Below, in pieces: positions 25,481-39,623 of a stretch of 64,000 bases of DNA. The stretch is from positions 106,146,001 to 106,210,000 of the forward strand of contig NC_045697.1 of assembly GCF_009834535.1 (NCBI RefSeq), read 5' to 3'. Source of the DNA: Camelus ferus. Taxonomy: Eukaryota. The notes under the pieces are model-generated. The model was given only the letters and a program-made list of their open reading frames with translations, searched no databases and was not told where the DNA came from. How positions within the stretch are numbered: the stretch's first letter is position 1; every line of letters begins with the position of its first letter. The position numbers were made by a program, and so were the translations under genes.

Positions 25481-28254
25481 GAAGCAGGAACAGAGGCTGT
25501 GACTGATCAGATCCCTGCGGGGGTGTGGGAGGGGTGTGGGAGGGGACGTGGCAGTGACAGGACCAGGCTGAGGTTCCAATGATCCACCTGCCAGGGCTAC
25601 TCAGAACTGTATACACACAGTTTCTAGGGGGATTCTTTTCCTGAATGCTTTATATCAACGCCATGTTGAAGAAAGAAAAAGAAATGAAATAGAATTAAAA
25701 AATAAAGAGAAGTACATAAACAATTCTATGAGCTCTATGTGGGTAGTGAATAGGTGGGTGCTTACTGCATTAGTTATTTTATTTTTCTATGTTTGGGAAA
25801 CATTTTAAAACAAAAATAAAAATTTAGCTTATTTACATGCTTACATTTTTAAGTCAACTTCATTATCTAACAGAGAATTTTGATAACTATCCTATGATTA
25901 TTAAACATTAAATTCTCCTTACAGAAATGAAGCAGTTTTTTTGAATTCAGTGAAGTGTTGACATGTGAGAATTTCTTACCTTAAAATGACTAAACATTTC
26001 ATACATCTGCAGATAGGTGCAAAATTGCTATCAACTTCCCTCTTCTGATACAAAATTAATGAGTGTTCAGTGAAGCCATAACAAAGAATTTTCCTCTAGG
26101 CATGTTATAAAAACATTTCTAGTCCTGGTATGAGTGCAAAGTCTTGCCTGAAATCCAATGATTTAAAGTATGCACATTTTTTTGAAGCTGATGAATGTCA
26201 CACAAAGTAATTCTTTTGATGTTTCTCATATTTTAAATCCCTATCCTTCCTTATCAAGTCCTATCTTATAATGAATGTTTTCCTAAGGGAGGTTTGAGGA
26301 ACAATTAATGATTAAATTCAGAACATTCTCATTTCATCTGACTACTTAAGGATAGGAGCTCCAATAAATCCTGCATATCACTAAAGCATTCAATCAATAC
26401 TACTGTGTCTTCTTCATAAAGGATGATTTTGTCCAAAAAGAATACCTACAATTATCTCAGGAGTAAGGGAATTGCTTTCACGATGATCGTTTTTCTACGT
26501 TATATAATAATGCTGGGGTCTGAGTTGCAGTCTCTGATTCATGGTGTATGCATTTTAGTCTCAATATAAGGGAAAAGCAGTGTTGGAAAGTGAGGTGTGA
26601 GCCTATTAAAAGTGCACAGACAGAGTCACAGATTCATGAAATAAATAATCATTGATGCACTTCGAGTTGATTCATTATGCTCCTTATGATAAAAATTTAA
26701 TATTTTCATGTTATCTTTTGTCTCTTCTGTTTTAAAAGACCCCATGAGAGCTTTCTATATTTGGAGATACTTCTAAATTATGTAATTAACTCTTGTCACT
26801 AATCTTTATAAATGAAAAAATAACAATCCAAAAATACCAATAAACTGAGGGCTGCTAACATCAATAGTTCTAAGAATTTTACTTTCACATTTATGGAATA
26901 ACAATCAGAGGTTCAGATGTAAAATTTAACAAAATAGATAGAAAATGTTAATGGACTCCTATAGGACAACAAGTCACAGGGTAAAACTGCAAATATCAGA
27001 AATATTAAAACAGATCTTCTGTTTTGAAAATTCATGGAGGAAATTATTTGCATCAAATCTAATAAAATAAATTTTATAATATGGATTCAACCAAATGTAT
27101 GTTTTCTTTTATAATTCTTATTTTCCACTTGTATCTGATTGAATATAAATTCATTTGATACAATTTCTAAAAATGTCAGTTATGTTGGAAAAAGAAATGG
27201 ATACTTTGATTAAAATGCCATATGCCACATTTTCATCTTATTTACAAATGCATGTGGAAAAGGACAGCCTTGAACACTTGAAGTTTTGAGATCACCTAGA
27301 AAAATTATATTGCAGGCATTGGTTTGTGAAGGAAGCTCAATCACTGTTTCTTGCTCATCATTCTTTGTAATTGATGATACCACCATATGAAAGGGAGTCT
27401 ACCATAAACTGTGGAATCTTGGCCAAGACATAATTTCCTTAAATCTCAGTTCTCTACTCTGCAAAGTGAAAAAAAAAAAGTCTATCTATATCTATCTCTC
27501 TGTCTATTACTTGACTCAGTATTATTGGAATGGTCACAGTGCTCAGGCAGTTTTATAATGCTTTGTGTACAACCACGTAACACCTGCAAATATTCACAAG
27601 GAAGACGGCAGGGGCTTGAGGTCTGTCCTTGCTAGAACACTACGTGGCTGTTACTCTGCTTTGTGGATCCTCAGTTTTCAGAACAGCCAGAGTACTTTTC
27701 TAGCTCTCCCAATCTAACAGCAATGTTCATCCTACACCTATTAGCATACTGTAAATGAGCCAGGGGGAAAAAAGTCAGGAAAGGGACTAATGCTAGCATT
27801 TCCATTCTGGGATGTGTAGAATTATAGGTAAAGCAGTGGTAAGTTGTGAAAGGATAGCTTCTCACAGACTCATCTATTCCTGAGTCAGAGAGCTGGGCAG
27901 CAAGATTGCTGGACTGGGTAAAAGCCTGCTAGTAGAGTTAGTTTAGAAGCCTACTAATCAGATGGTTTGGTGGGTATGACCCATGAAGCAGCGGTTAACA
28001 CTAGCACAAGGCAGATTTTTCTTCATTCAGGGACGAAAACACAGGAAATACAATCAGTCTCTTTCTCTCCCCTTAGCCCTCTTCCCTCTCCCTCTTTCAC
28101 ACTTCCTCAACTCCCTCTTTCTCTCTCTCTACCAATATGGACTTAAAAATAAATAGTGCAGAGCCGAAGTGACCCTGAAGACTCAGGAATAACATGTTCC
28201 TGACAAATTACTGTGGCATTGTTCAAAATAAAATTGAAGCAGGAGCCAAGCCCT

Positions 28255-28950
28255 CATCCATTTGTTATTAAATAAGTTTCCTGAGTACCTTGTATGTGCC
28301 TGGCATTTTCATAAGGCATTGTTTCTCAATCCCTGGTATGCACTAGACTGACCTGGGGGTCTGAAAAAATTAATGGTGCCTGGGCTCCACCCCAGACTGC
28401 ATGTGAATGTGCTGCCTGGGTGATTCTAAGGTGCTACTGAAGCTGAGAATCACTCGGCTACAGGTGGGGGAGAAAACTGTGAACATGTGGACAAGATTCC
28501 AGCCATCACGGAGCCAGAGTTCTCAAGGTAAGAGCTGGGTCATAAGCAGGGAGAAACATAATTTTAGATAGTGATGAAAACCTTGATGAAAGCAAAACAG
28601 CTTGTTGTTCTTGAGAGAGAGACTGGAGGGACTGGGGCAGGACATTTTTGATTGGGTAGTTAGGGAGACAAAAAAAAAAAAAGGTGACATCCAAACTGAG
28701 ACAGATCAGAAAGCTCTCCAGGCCATGATAAGTATTCAGGATTTTAAAAATTTATTCAGAAGGTATGACAGATTTAGGCATGGGAGTGGGAAGATCTGAT
28801 TACAGTTATAGACCGTGTCGACTTTGTGTGGAAAACAGACTGTCAGGTGAGCAAGGGAAGATTATTAAGGGACTTTAACTGGTCCAGACTAGAAATTACG
28901 TGACTTGAACCAGAATGGGGAAAATGGAGAGAGATCAAGGAATGTCTCAA
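28255..28950 (-). mobile_element. L2, interrupted by MER5A
   Basis: ctgagtaccttgtatgtgcctggcat, gtagttagggag..ggtgacatccaaactgagac and ggtccagactagaaattacgtgacttgaaccag. Confidence 0.65.
28318..28456. mobile_element. MER5A-like hAT-Charlie MITE
   Basis: cattgtttctcaa..tgcctgggctccaccccagac..ggtgattctaagg..tgagaatcact. Confidence 0.75.
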
Positions 28951-31179
28951 CACTGCAGAAATGCTGATAACTGGGGAAGGCGGGTAGTGAGGTTCACTGG
29001 GCTACTCCCTCTATTTTTGTGTATGTTGAAAATTTCCAGGAATAAAAAGTAGCCTAAATACATAAGATAAATGAAGTATTGCTATACGCTTTTGAGGGAC
29101 AAGAGTCTGACCCAAGAATTCCATATGCTTTCTAGCTTTATGATGGGAACAGACTTTCACAGGTTTGTGAGGACTTAAATCATTTTCAAAATCTTTTAGA
29201 CAGACTTTAACAGATGGAGTAATCAAAACCTAAACTTAATCATGGAACGTTGTGCAGATTAGGTTTTTCCTTAACCAGCTTGGAGCCCAAACTCAAGAGT
29301 CCTGTTGGATTATGTGTTGTCAGAGTATCTATGTGGCCTGCTTGAACTTTGTCCTTAGCAGTGTTCTTGCTTTTGTTGCTTTCTCTGTCTCAGGAAATGT
29401 GTTTCTTGTGCCATATCACTGAACTCACAGTTTAGATGGGATTTCTTGCCAGGGTGATGACTGCTAAGAGCTTCTCAGACTCTCCCTAACACTTGGGTCT
29501 CAGTGCTTCTTTCCATGCCCGTGGGTTCTTACCACAGTCAGATTAGAACCGCTGTGGCACACTCACATTCCAGTGGGACTGGGCACACTGCAGCTCCTTG
29601 TTCTGGGACATGTTGGTTCCACTGGAATTGATCTAACTTGAAGATATTTCTGGGTGTTGCCTCAATCTGTTAGCTTAAGTCCACTGGAATTAATTTAGCA
29701 ATTTTCAAATGTGACTAATAGGAAATGTAATTCACTCTCTCACGGCGAACACCTTTGATGGATGTATCTTTGTTTTTGGTACATAAAACCTTCTAGACTC
29801 AGAGTCCACAATCTAATATTAAAGTTTTACAGTTGAGTCATCCCCTCTCTGCTACAGGAGAGAGACACATTTTACTATCTCCTCTCTAGTGATGCACCCA
29901 TTAGGCTGTTCCAAGCTGCTGGATGTATATATGTTCAGATGCCAAATGCTACAAAAAAGCATTCCCTATTCCCCTTTTCACTTTGTTTTTCATTGAAGAC
30001 ACTTTGAATTTGCAAAAGTAGAAACTTGAAGACTGTGGGAGTATATGAATGGTAATTTGGGTTTGCGGGATGAGTGAGGGTTGTTACCTACCTACACACT
30101 CACACTCGAGTCTAGCAAAAGCAATTGATGGGTTGTTATCTTCTAGAACTTCTTTAAATGGCTGAACTACTTACATAGTTGGATGCTCTATTAGGAGCAT
30201 TACTAATTTTTTTTTTCCTTGACCATAAGCAGAGGAACACAGAAAAACAGACTGGCTAGTCTTTATAGAGAATTGTGATGCTCTTCTACATCCGTTAGAT
30301 TCATGTTGAATGACCCAAGTCCCTCAATTGTTCAATCAAGAAAGATTACTAAACTGCCCCAAGCTAACAGTATTTTCCATCATTTTCTCATTATCATTTT
30401 TCATTTAGACATGTGAATATTCCGAAGTTAACCATGACAAAAAATCAGTACATATAGATGTGTTTAATTTTATCTATACAGTAAGTGAAATGTCTTATAA
30501 TTCACTATACAATTAGTGAAATATATAAAAATACTAACAGAGATTATTTTGGAAAGTGGATATTCTACATACTTTTTAAAAATGTACTTTTTGTTTATAA
30601 TTTCTCAATTTTTCCTAATGAGCATGTATTATTTTTATAATCAGAAAAGCTTATTTTAAAGTTCATATGTATATGTATAATTTTTATATACCCTGTCATT
30701 ACAATTATGTATTTTAAGAAGCAAAACATTAGAAAATACAGCAAAAAGTAAGTGGTAGTTATCTCTTGGTGGCCTAATTTATAGATGATCTTAAGCACAC
30801 TATACATACTTGTTGAGTAAATGAATAATGAATAAAATTTTTCTTTATCCTTTCTAATTGTTAACAGTTTTTGGTAATAAGCAAATGCTGCATTCTTTTT
30901 AAGGAAAAAAGCAATAAAATGCAACATTGGTCATTGGTGTTGGCCCATAAGAACTAATTGTGCATGCTCCTCCCCAAAAAAGATTTTATTGATTACTACC
31001 ACCTAATATTGCCAATAAAACATTATATCTATTTACAGTATTCAATAATTACCATCCAAATAATTGTGTCTGAGTGTTGGCCTTGTTTTTGAATTATTAT
31101 TTGAAGCTTTTATTCTGATCTACTTCTTTTACAGGTTGTATGTTTAATATCCTATATTACTTTAAATATTTTTAAACCA

Positions 31180-31400
31180 TGGCTGAAAAGTCAAAACACT
31201 CTAGGTTTCATGTCACAACTCTACCACTGTCTAGCTATGCATTTCAGATATGCTGCCTCTCTGTGATTCAGTGTTTTTATGGCACATGGCCCATCGGGTT
31301 TCTTATGAGAATTAAATAAGATTACTTAAATAAATTCAGGTAAATCATTTAGAACAATTCTTTGCACATAGCAAGCATTCAATACATGTGAAATGTAATT
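31180..31400 (+). mobile_element. MIR SINE
   Basis: ctctaccactgtctagctatg..cctctctgtgattcagtg..gaattaaataagat..gcacatagcaagcattcaata. Confidence 0.65.
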
Positions 31401-33489
31401 ATTTTGCTCTATGTTTCCAGATAATATAGTAACTGAAGCACAGTGCTGGTTCACTAAATAGATGTTGATTTGCTTTAACTTTAAAGAATTCCGATTAATC
31501 TAAAATGTAAAGCCAGAAACCAAAATCACAATACCAGGTTATTCTTAAACAGTGAGCATATATTAAAGAACACACCTGGGTGCATTCTACAGTGTGGAAG
31601 AATTATTTTACTACTGACATACATAGGTTGTACATTATGTAAGCAATTCTTTAAAAAGACAGAAATAGTTCTTGACTTCTGCCCATACCTATGACAGTGT
31701 GTAGTGATGTTTTGCAAATAATTAGGCACCAGCGTCTACTATAAAATTCCTTTCCCACCCATCTCTTCTATATTTTTTCCTCTTCTGCTTTTAAATTTTA
31801 CTCTTAAAATCTCTAACAGGAGCCCAGTAGACAGTCAGCTGGAGAGTAATACACATAATCATGAAAAACACAAATGTTTGATGGCACCAAACACCAAATT
31901 TAATTTAGCAATTTTTTAGTTCAGAGGTCCTCAGAGTCCACGTGTATACTGACTAGGAAGAAATCTACTCAATATTCAACCTGCTCTGTGATTCTTTTGT
32001 TTCTCTGTGCTGCAGGTTCTTGCTACATAGTACCACAGCATGAACTTCAGAATACTTTTTGAATAAAGGAATATATAAATAAAGTTTTGAACATTTCTTT
32101 TAAATAAAATCAGTTAGAATCATTCACTTTTTGCATAGATATCTGTCAGACTTACTCTGAAAAAATGAGAGCAAGCCATATCACCAATAAAATGGACAGT
32201 ATGAAGGGTGATGTGAATGTTTAAAAACATATGTGTGGTAGTCATGGTCACTGAGTCCTTCCCATGTGTGAATAAAGGAATTCCAGTTAAAATTGTTGAA
32301 GGACCTCTATTATTTGCAACATGACACAAAGATCATTTTTCAAAACTAAAGTTACATGTTTTGTATGAACAACTGTCAATGTATTTATTAAATAACTCCA
32401 GTATCCTGGTGTTTGCACAACAGATGAAATCTGGGAGCCTCTACATTTAAAAAAATTCATCACTCACTATTTTCCCACAATAGGCAAACAATTAAAAGCT
32501 AAATAATCTTATTCATTGGTTGACTTTAAGTCTAAAGTATCTCTATTTATATAGAAATATCTATGCTACAAATTGTAAAGGCTTTAAGGAGGAAAGACAG
32601 CTATAGTTTTAGCAGTCCACTATTTATATACTTGTTTAAACTAAGGTTAACTTCAAAGGCATTTAAAATGTTCTATGCCCTCCAGGGTAATCTAATTTAA
32701 CAGGTTATTTTATTCTAATATTATATAATCAAAATAGGATTCGGGCAGACTATATTTGAACCGAGATTAACATAATGACATACCTTTAATAGAAAGTCTT
32801 ATCAGCTCCCTACAATTATCAAATGTTCTAATTTAACTGACAGTCGAACAATACAGAGGACAATTATAAAAATTCCAAAGTATTGTGAAAACATTTTTAC
32901 TTCATTATACTGCAAGCTTGGGGAGAAAAGTCATCATTCTCTCCTGGGGATATTAACTGATTTTCAGCTTTAAATAAAATTTACATGTGATAAGGATCAG
33001 TTTTTATCTTATATGAAGTTTCATGATGAAGTACTATTTCCTACCATTTAACATACGTAGTTGGAAAAGGAAAGGAATTAAGCTTAAAACAGTCACACAA
33101 AGCAGCATTTGAAGGACCAAAAATGCGTGGTCCGAGCTAAAAAGGTTGGAGCCCAGTGTGTCTGCCGGCCATGAGAGCCGGGGCTCTTTTGCAGGGTCCG
33201 GCTGCCTCAGCTCCAGGCCTTTGCCTCACCTCCACTCCCAAGATAGAGCAAAAAGGAGAGTGAATAGTATTTCTTTGTTTTTGCTTCAGAAAATATTCAA
33301 AGGACAAAATGAGAAGCGAATTTTAAAGACTGAAAAAAACAAAGAGAAAAAAAAAAAAGACTAGTACAAAGACAGGGATAGTGGTGCTTACTTTGTTCAG
33401 AAAAACTAATTTTCACAAAAAGCCAGTATGGCTTAGGAAGCATGTGTGTTTGTGGTGGGCAGGCAGTGGCAGGGGAGGTAATGGGCCTG

Positions 33490-33680
33490 AGGAGACTCTG
33501 AACTTGAATCGTCGTCATCACAATTGATAGCTAAGATTACGACCTTGAGCAAGCTACTTAGCCTCTGTGTCCTGAGATCCTCAATTCAAATGATTCTTTT
33601 TTAATACCTCCTGACTCCCCATAATGTAAGGGAATTGGGCAAAATGACACGGTAGCATCCCTTCCAGAGCTTCCATATTC
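33490..33680 (+). mobile_element. MIR-family SINE
   Basis: gaccttgagcaagctacttagcctctgtgtcct core. Confidence 0.6.
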
Positions 33681-34029
33681 TAGTTACAGGTAGTTTTACA
33701 AATTACTGGAAGAAAATGTGGTAAAATAATAAAAAGTGGTTATATGAAAGAAAGTGAACTCTTAGTCATATCTTCCTTTTTTTACAATTTTACAAAATTT
33801 CTAAAAACCATCTTTATATTAAGTTTATACATTAAAAATATCAATGTATAAGTACACTATAGCTGATCACTACCTTAGTAAGCAGGTGTACTGTTTTTAA
33901 TTATTGTTACTTTAGAAGGGCTGGTTACACATATTATGCATGTTTTAGTTGAGGGGACTTTCTTCCTGTGAGCAGGAAATGACTTTAGAAGCATGTTCAC
34001 AGTTCTCCAAAGATGTTCAAAGTGTCTGC

Positions 34030-34310
34030 ATCACAGCCCAGGCTCCTGTCTCCTGCAAAGCCCTTTCTCTGCCCTGCCTCTCAGGACTGCTTAGCAGAGC
34101 AACTGACAACTCAGTATGAGCTTGTTTTACATCAGTCACCACTTCACATCGTCTATGGTAGTTAATTATGTACGTGTATCATCTCCCTCAGCCTAAATCA
34201 TAAGCACACAAGAGGGAAGCTGTTTTATTTACTTTTGAATCTTCATCATATTTATCACAGAGCATTGAACACAAGACACTCTATAAAGATTGTGGAGTGA
34301 CTGAATATGT
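34030..34310 (+). mobile_element. L2 3' end
   Basis: ctcctgcaaagccctttctc..taagcacacaagagggaag..gagtgactgaat. Confidence 0.5.
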
Positions 34311-35151
34311 TCTTATTACCTTGAATTTTTGCCTCCATTATGGTTAAATTATATTTTATTAAATTAAAAATGTTAAATACTAAAGAACCATGTCATACTA
34401 TATTACTGCCATATCACATTACAATAATCTTTGAAGGAATCTGTAGAATAAACACAAGTAATTTTAATATATAAAAGTTGAAAAAATGGCTTAAATGTTG
34501 TAGTAATGCTTCACATATACATTCATAAAACAATAGTGCATAAATGCTTACTATGTGCTAAAGACTTTTGGTGTGGAAATAAGAAATACATTCTCAAAAG
34601 CTTATAGAACTACCAAAGAAAGAGATAGTCCAAATATATATTTTCACATTTCTGAAGGTCTATAGTTTTAAATACAAAATTATTTTAGACGGTTTTGAAA
34701 AATAAATTATAAAATGGTTTCATTCGTTTCTACCGTTTTTAGAAATGCTATATTTTATCTTGATGTGACAAATATTCTTTTCACTATAGTTAACACAGCA
34801 AAACAAAAATAAATGATATAAAGATAAACATATGAAGAGCAATGTAAAAATAGACAAAACTTTTGATTTTTAAATTAAAGAATATATCATATACATGGAA
34901 GTTTAAGATGACAATTTTCAAGTCCCTAAATCTCTTTTATTACTATTAAACAAGAAACGTATAGTAAAATGTGTAGAATATGTAGAAAAATTAGAAAATT
35001 CAGCCACACCAAAATATTTGAAGTCCACTGGATTCACACAATGTAGAGATTAAAATTTATATATTCTTACATTAATTTCATGCAACTATGTGAATATAGT
35101 AAATGTCATGCTATTCTGCAACATTTTTTCACTAAAGATATATTGTCAGTA

Positions 35152-35749
35152 TATCTCACCCAACGTTCACAGCAGCACTATTTACAACAGCCAAGACATG
35201 GAAGCAACCTAAATGTCCATTGACAGATGACTGGATAAAGATGTGGTATATATATATATACATAGACAATGTAACACTACTCAGCCATAAAAAAGAACAA
35301 AATAATGCCATTTGCAGCAACATGGATGGACCTAGAGATTATCATTCTAAGTGAAGTAAGCCAGAAAGAAAAAGAAAAATACCATATGATATCACCTATA
35401 TGTAGAATCTAAAAAAAAAAAAAAATGACACAAGTGAACTTATATACAAAATAGAAACAGATTCACAGATATAGAAAACAAACTTAATATTACCATGGGG
35501 GAAGGGGAAGGTGGAGGGATAAATTGGGAGTTTGGGATTTGCAGATACTAACTACTATACTTAAAATAGATAAACAGCAAGGTCCTACTATATAGCACAG
35601 AGAACTATATTCAATACCTTTTAATAGCCTATAATAAAAAAGAATATGAAAAGGAATATATATATATATATGTATGTATAACTGAATCATTATGCTGTAC
35701 ATCAGAAATTAATACAACATTGTAAACCGACTATATTTCAATTAAAAAA
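35152..35749 (+). mobile_element. Young 5'-truncated L1 (ORF2 end plus 3' UTR)
   Basis: cccaacgttcacagcagcactatttacaacagccaagacatggaagcaacctaaatgtcc..gactatatttcaattaaaaa. The 3' UTR is the same type as the 5488 element. It sits inside an older antisense L1ME-like fragment. Confidence 0.93.
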
Positions 35750-36059
35750 TTTTTAAATCTTCATATTTCCCTTAAATACTTAATAAAATAATTTTAATGT
35801 TCATATTGAATTCCATATTATTAATGAATCATAATTTATTTAACCATTTCCCTATTGTGGATTTACATTGTTTAAACATTTGCAGTAATTACAATGCTGT
35901 AATTGCTATCATATATAAATCTATAAGTATTACTTCTTTAAGATGAATTATACACATTCCACTGAATTCTAAAAGGATAAACTAATCATAATTTAATATT
36001 CTCTTGATGAATCAAAATAAATCATCTTTATAATACATTTATTATATGAAGTTGTAAGT

Positions 36060-36290
36060 GCTTGCTCTAGGTTCAGAATATTTGAACTGAAATCCTGGTT
36101 GTACCATCCTAATAGCTGGATGACCACACAAGTTACTTAGCCTTTCAAGGGCATAATATTTCTTCTAGTAAAATGTGTTCAATAATCGCATCTATCATAC
36201 AGATTATGAAGATAAAATGAGAAAATCACATAAAATGTATAGCCCTTAGTCTTATGAGTTTGAAATTTATAAATATTAACTTTACATTAA
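36060..36290 (+). mobile_element. MIR SINE
   Basis: aaatcctggttgtacc..tagctggatgaccacacaagttacttagcctt..gaagataaaatgagaaaat. Confidence 0.65.
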
Positions 36291-36648
36291 CTATGGCATT
36301 TTACCATCATAACAATCATGGCAGATACCAGGGGCTGCTATATAGTATTTATAAATCTATGTAAATATAATTTTTATAAAATTAGAGATTTTTAATATAT
36401 GTATATAATTAGAAATTAGAATAATTCATACATTAGAAAGTTTTATATAAATATGTATATTATATTTTCAAATATATATATTATATATACATATATATGA
36501 ATGTGTGTATAATATAATCATAATTTATATTAACAAAATCTGAGTAAAGAAGGATATATATTGCCAAATGATTTTTTTTTATCCTTGCCATTGTATACTA
36601 TGTTCACCAATAATCAGGCTTTACAAAACCACTGTCTTAAAAAGAGTC

Positions 36649-38292
36649 TCCCTAAAGGTCTCAAATAGCCAAAGCAATCTTCAGAAAGAACCACAAAGCT
36701 GGGGGCATCATGCTTTCTGATTTCAAACTATGTTACAAACATAGTCATCAAAATAGTATGATATTAACATAAAAACAGACACAAAAATCAATGGAACAGA
36801 ATAGAAAGCCCAGAAATAAGACCACATGTAACTTATAACAAAAGAGACAAGAATATACAATGAAGAAAGGATAGACTCTTGAATAAATGGTGTTGGGAAA
36901 ACTGGAAAGCCATATGCAAAAGAATGAAACTGGATCACTCTCTTACACCATACACACAAATTAACTCACAACAGATTAGAGACTTGAATGTAAGACCTAA
37001 AACCAAAACTCCTAGAAGACAACATAGGTGGTAAGTTACTTGATATGGATCTTGGTGATAATTTTTTGATTTGACATTAAAAGCAAAGGCTACAAAAGCT
37101 AAAGTAAACAGGTGGTACTATATCAAACTAAAAAGTTTCTGCACAGCAAAGAAAACCATCAATGAAATAAAGACAAACTACTGAATAGGAAAGAGTATTT
37201 ATAATTCTTATACCTGATAAGAGGTTAATATCCAAAAAATGTAAAGAATGCATACAACTCAATAACAAAGACAAAAAAAAACTTCATTTAAAAATGGGCA
37301 GAAGATCTGAATATTTTTTATAAAGAAGACATACAGATGACCTACAGGTACATGAAAATGTGCTCAATGTCACTAATAAGAGAAATACAAATCAAAACCA
37401 CAATGAAATATCACCTCACACCCATTAGAATGGCTACTATAGAAAAGATAAGAAATAACAAGTGTTAGTGAGGATGTGGAGAAAAGGGAAGCCTGTACAC
37501 TCATGGTGGAAATGTAAATTGGTGCAACCACTATGGAAAACAGTATGAAGTTTCCTTAAAAAGTTAAAAGTAGAACTACCACATGATCCAGCAGTTCCAC
37601 TTCTGGACTTCTGGGTAGTTATCTGAAGGAAACTAAAACACTAACTCAAAAATACATGTACCCCCATGCTCAATGCAGTGTTGTTATTTACAACAGTCAA
37701 GACATGAAAACAACCTAAGTGTCCATCAATGGACATATGGATAAAGAAAATGTAGAGCATATATACACAATGGAATATTATTAAGCCACAAAAAGAAGTA
37801 AATCTTACCACTTGCAAAAACATGGATGGACCATGAAGTCCTTATGTTGAGTGAGTGACATAAATCAGAGGGGGAAAGACAAATACCATATAATTTCACT
37901 TATGTATGGAATCTAAAAACAAAACAGGACAAACAAACAAACAAAAAACCAACTGAATTCATAGATACAGAGACTAGATTAATGGCTGTCAGAGGCAGGG
38001 GAGTGGGAAAATAGGAAATGGTGGTCAAAAGGTACAAATTTCCAGTTATAAAATAAATGAGTCATGGGGATGTATAGCTGGATGATTATAGTTAATAATA
38101 CTATAATGTATTTGAAAGTTACTAAGAGTAGATCTTAAAAGTTCTTGTCACAAGAAAAAAATTATAATTATGTATCATGACAGATGTTAACTAGACTTCT
38201 TGTGTTGATCATTTCACAATATATACAGATATCATTATGTTGTACATCTGAAATTAACATGATGTTATATTCCAATTATAACACAATAAGAA
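36649..38292 (+). mobile_element. 5'-truncated L1 (L1MA9-like 3' UTR) with TSD
   Basis: ORF2 C-terminal DNA (aatagccaaagcaatcttc, ggtgttgggaaaactgg) plus 3' UTR. TSD AAAAAGAGTC at 36639-36648 and 38293-38302, at a TT/AAAA site. Confidence 0.93.
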
Positions 38293-38594
38293 AAAAAGAG
38301 TCCTGTGCTAAGTGGAGCAGGAGAATTTTTTAAAAATTTCTTAAAACAAAGTTAGTTTCCACATCTGGACTCTCCCATGCTCTTCCTTTTGCCTATTCAA
38401 CTTTCTTCTATTCCCTACTTAGTAATTCTAATCTGTTCTGTAAGAATAAACTCATAAATCATCATCTTTATAAAATCATCTCTCATACTGCCAAATACAG
38501 TCATTCTCCTTACCTAGGCTTACAGTTATGCTTAATTGTTTCTATTAAGTCAACTACCATGTAATTTCTATTTTGTTTCTTTCTGCACCTATTT

Positions 38595-39623
38595 ATTGAG
38601 AATAACTTTCCCCCTGACAGTCTTAAGAAAAGCCTAACAGTTCTACAGCTATGTAACAAGTTAGTATCAGAACTTGTTTTTATATCTCTTTAACCAATGA
38701 ATTGTAGTTCTATAGCCACACTGACAAGCAACCCCAAAACCAATATTAAACCTATTTTATCAGCTGGTGAAAACGCACCTCAGTAAATATACCTCTGAAA
38801 GCCAACCAATCAATTAGTGAGAAATCCTACTTTTGAAAGTTAACGTAATGAACAAAAGTTCCACTCTAGTAACATGTTTTCTGAAGGCCAGTCAACTAGC
38901 AACTCATTTCTGAGGGGTCACACTCAATCCTACGTCATTTCACTCCCACTAGTAAAAACCACCAATCACTGACTTGTATGCTGTGTAACAAATTACCCCA
39001 AAACTAGAGTTATAAAACAACAAACATTTGTCTCACATAGTTTCTGAGGGTTAGAAATCTGCAGTGGATTTTCTGGGTGGGTCAGTTGTAGTCCAGCTGT
39101 CACTGGAGCTGGAGTTATCTTTGCAGGAGTATTACTGGTGCTGGCTCCACCACCATGTTGCATTACCCACATAGACCTCAGCTCCTTACTGCCTGTAGGC
39201 ATATGCCCTCAGCTCCTCAGCACACCGATCTCTCAGCAGGGCTGCTGGAGTGCCTTCATGACATGATCACTAGCTTTCCTGAGTAGCTTATCTAAAGGAG
39301 AGCAAGGGAGAAGCCACAAAGTCTTTTATGACCTAGCCTCAGAAATAACATACCATCACTTTTGCTGTATTCTCTTGGTAAGAAAGACCAACCCTGATGC
39401 AATGTGTGTACCTCCACATGGGCATGAATACCAAGAGGCATAGATCATTGGGGTCATCTTGGGAGCTGGCTACCACTCTTCTCAAAAACCCTTATTAGTA
39501 TCAACAGTCTTCTTTACCTAGGGAGACTATTTAACCAACATGACTCTCCCTTACTTAGAATGACAATGAACTCAGCTTTGAGTTTTTATTTCAGATATTG
39601 AGTGTTACTGTTATCCTTTGTCA
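38595..39623 (+). mobile_element. Old ERV solo LTR (family uncertain), split by MLT1F
   Basis: Repeated ccaatc/ccagtc boxes in the left half. The right half has caatgaactcagctttg (poly(A)-signal-like) and ends tgtca. Confidence 0.5.
38975..39477 (-). mobile_element. MLT1F-like MaLR LTR
   Basis: gctgtgtaacaaattaccccaaaact at the left and gatcattggggtcatcttgggagctggctaccac at the right; about 500 bp. Confidence 0.85.
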
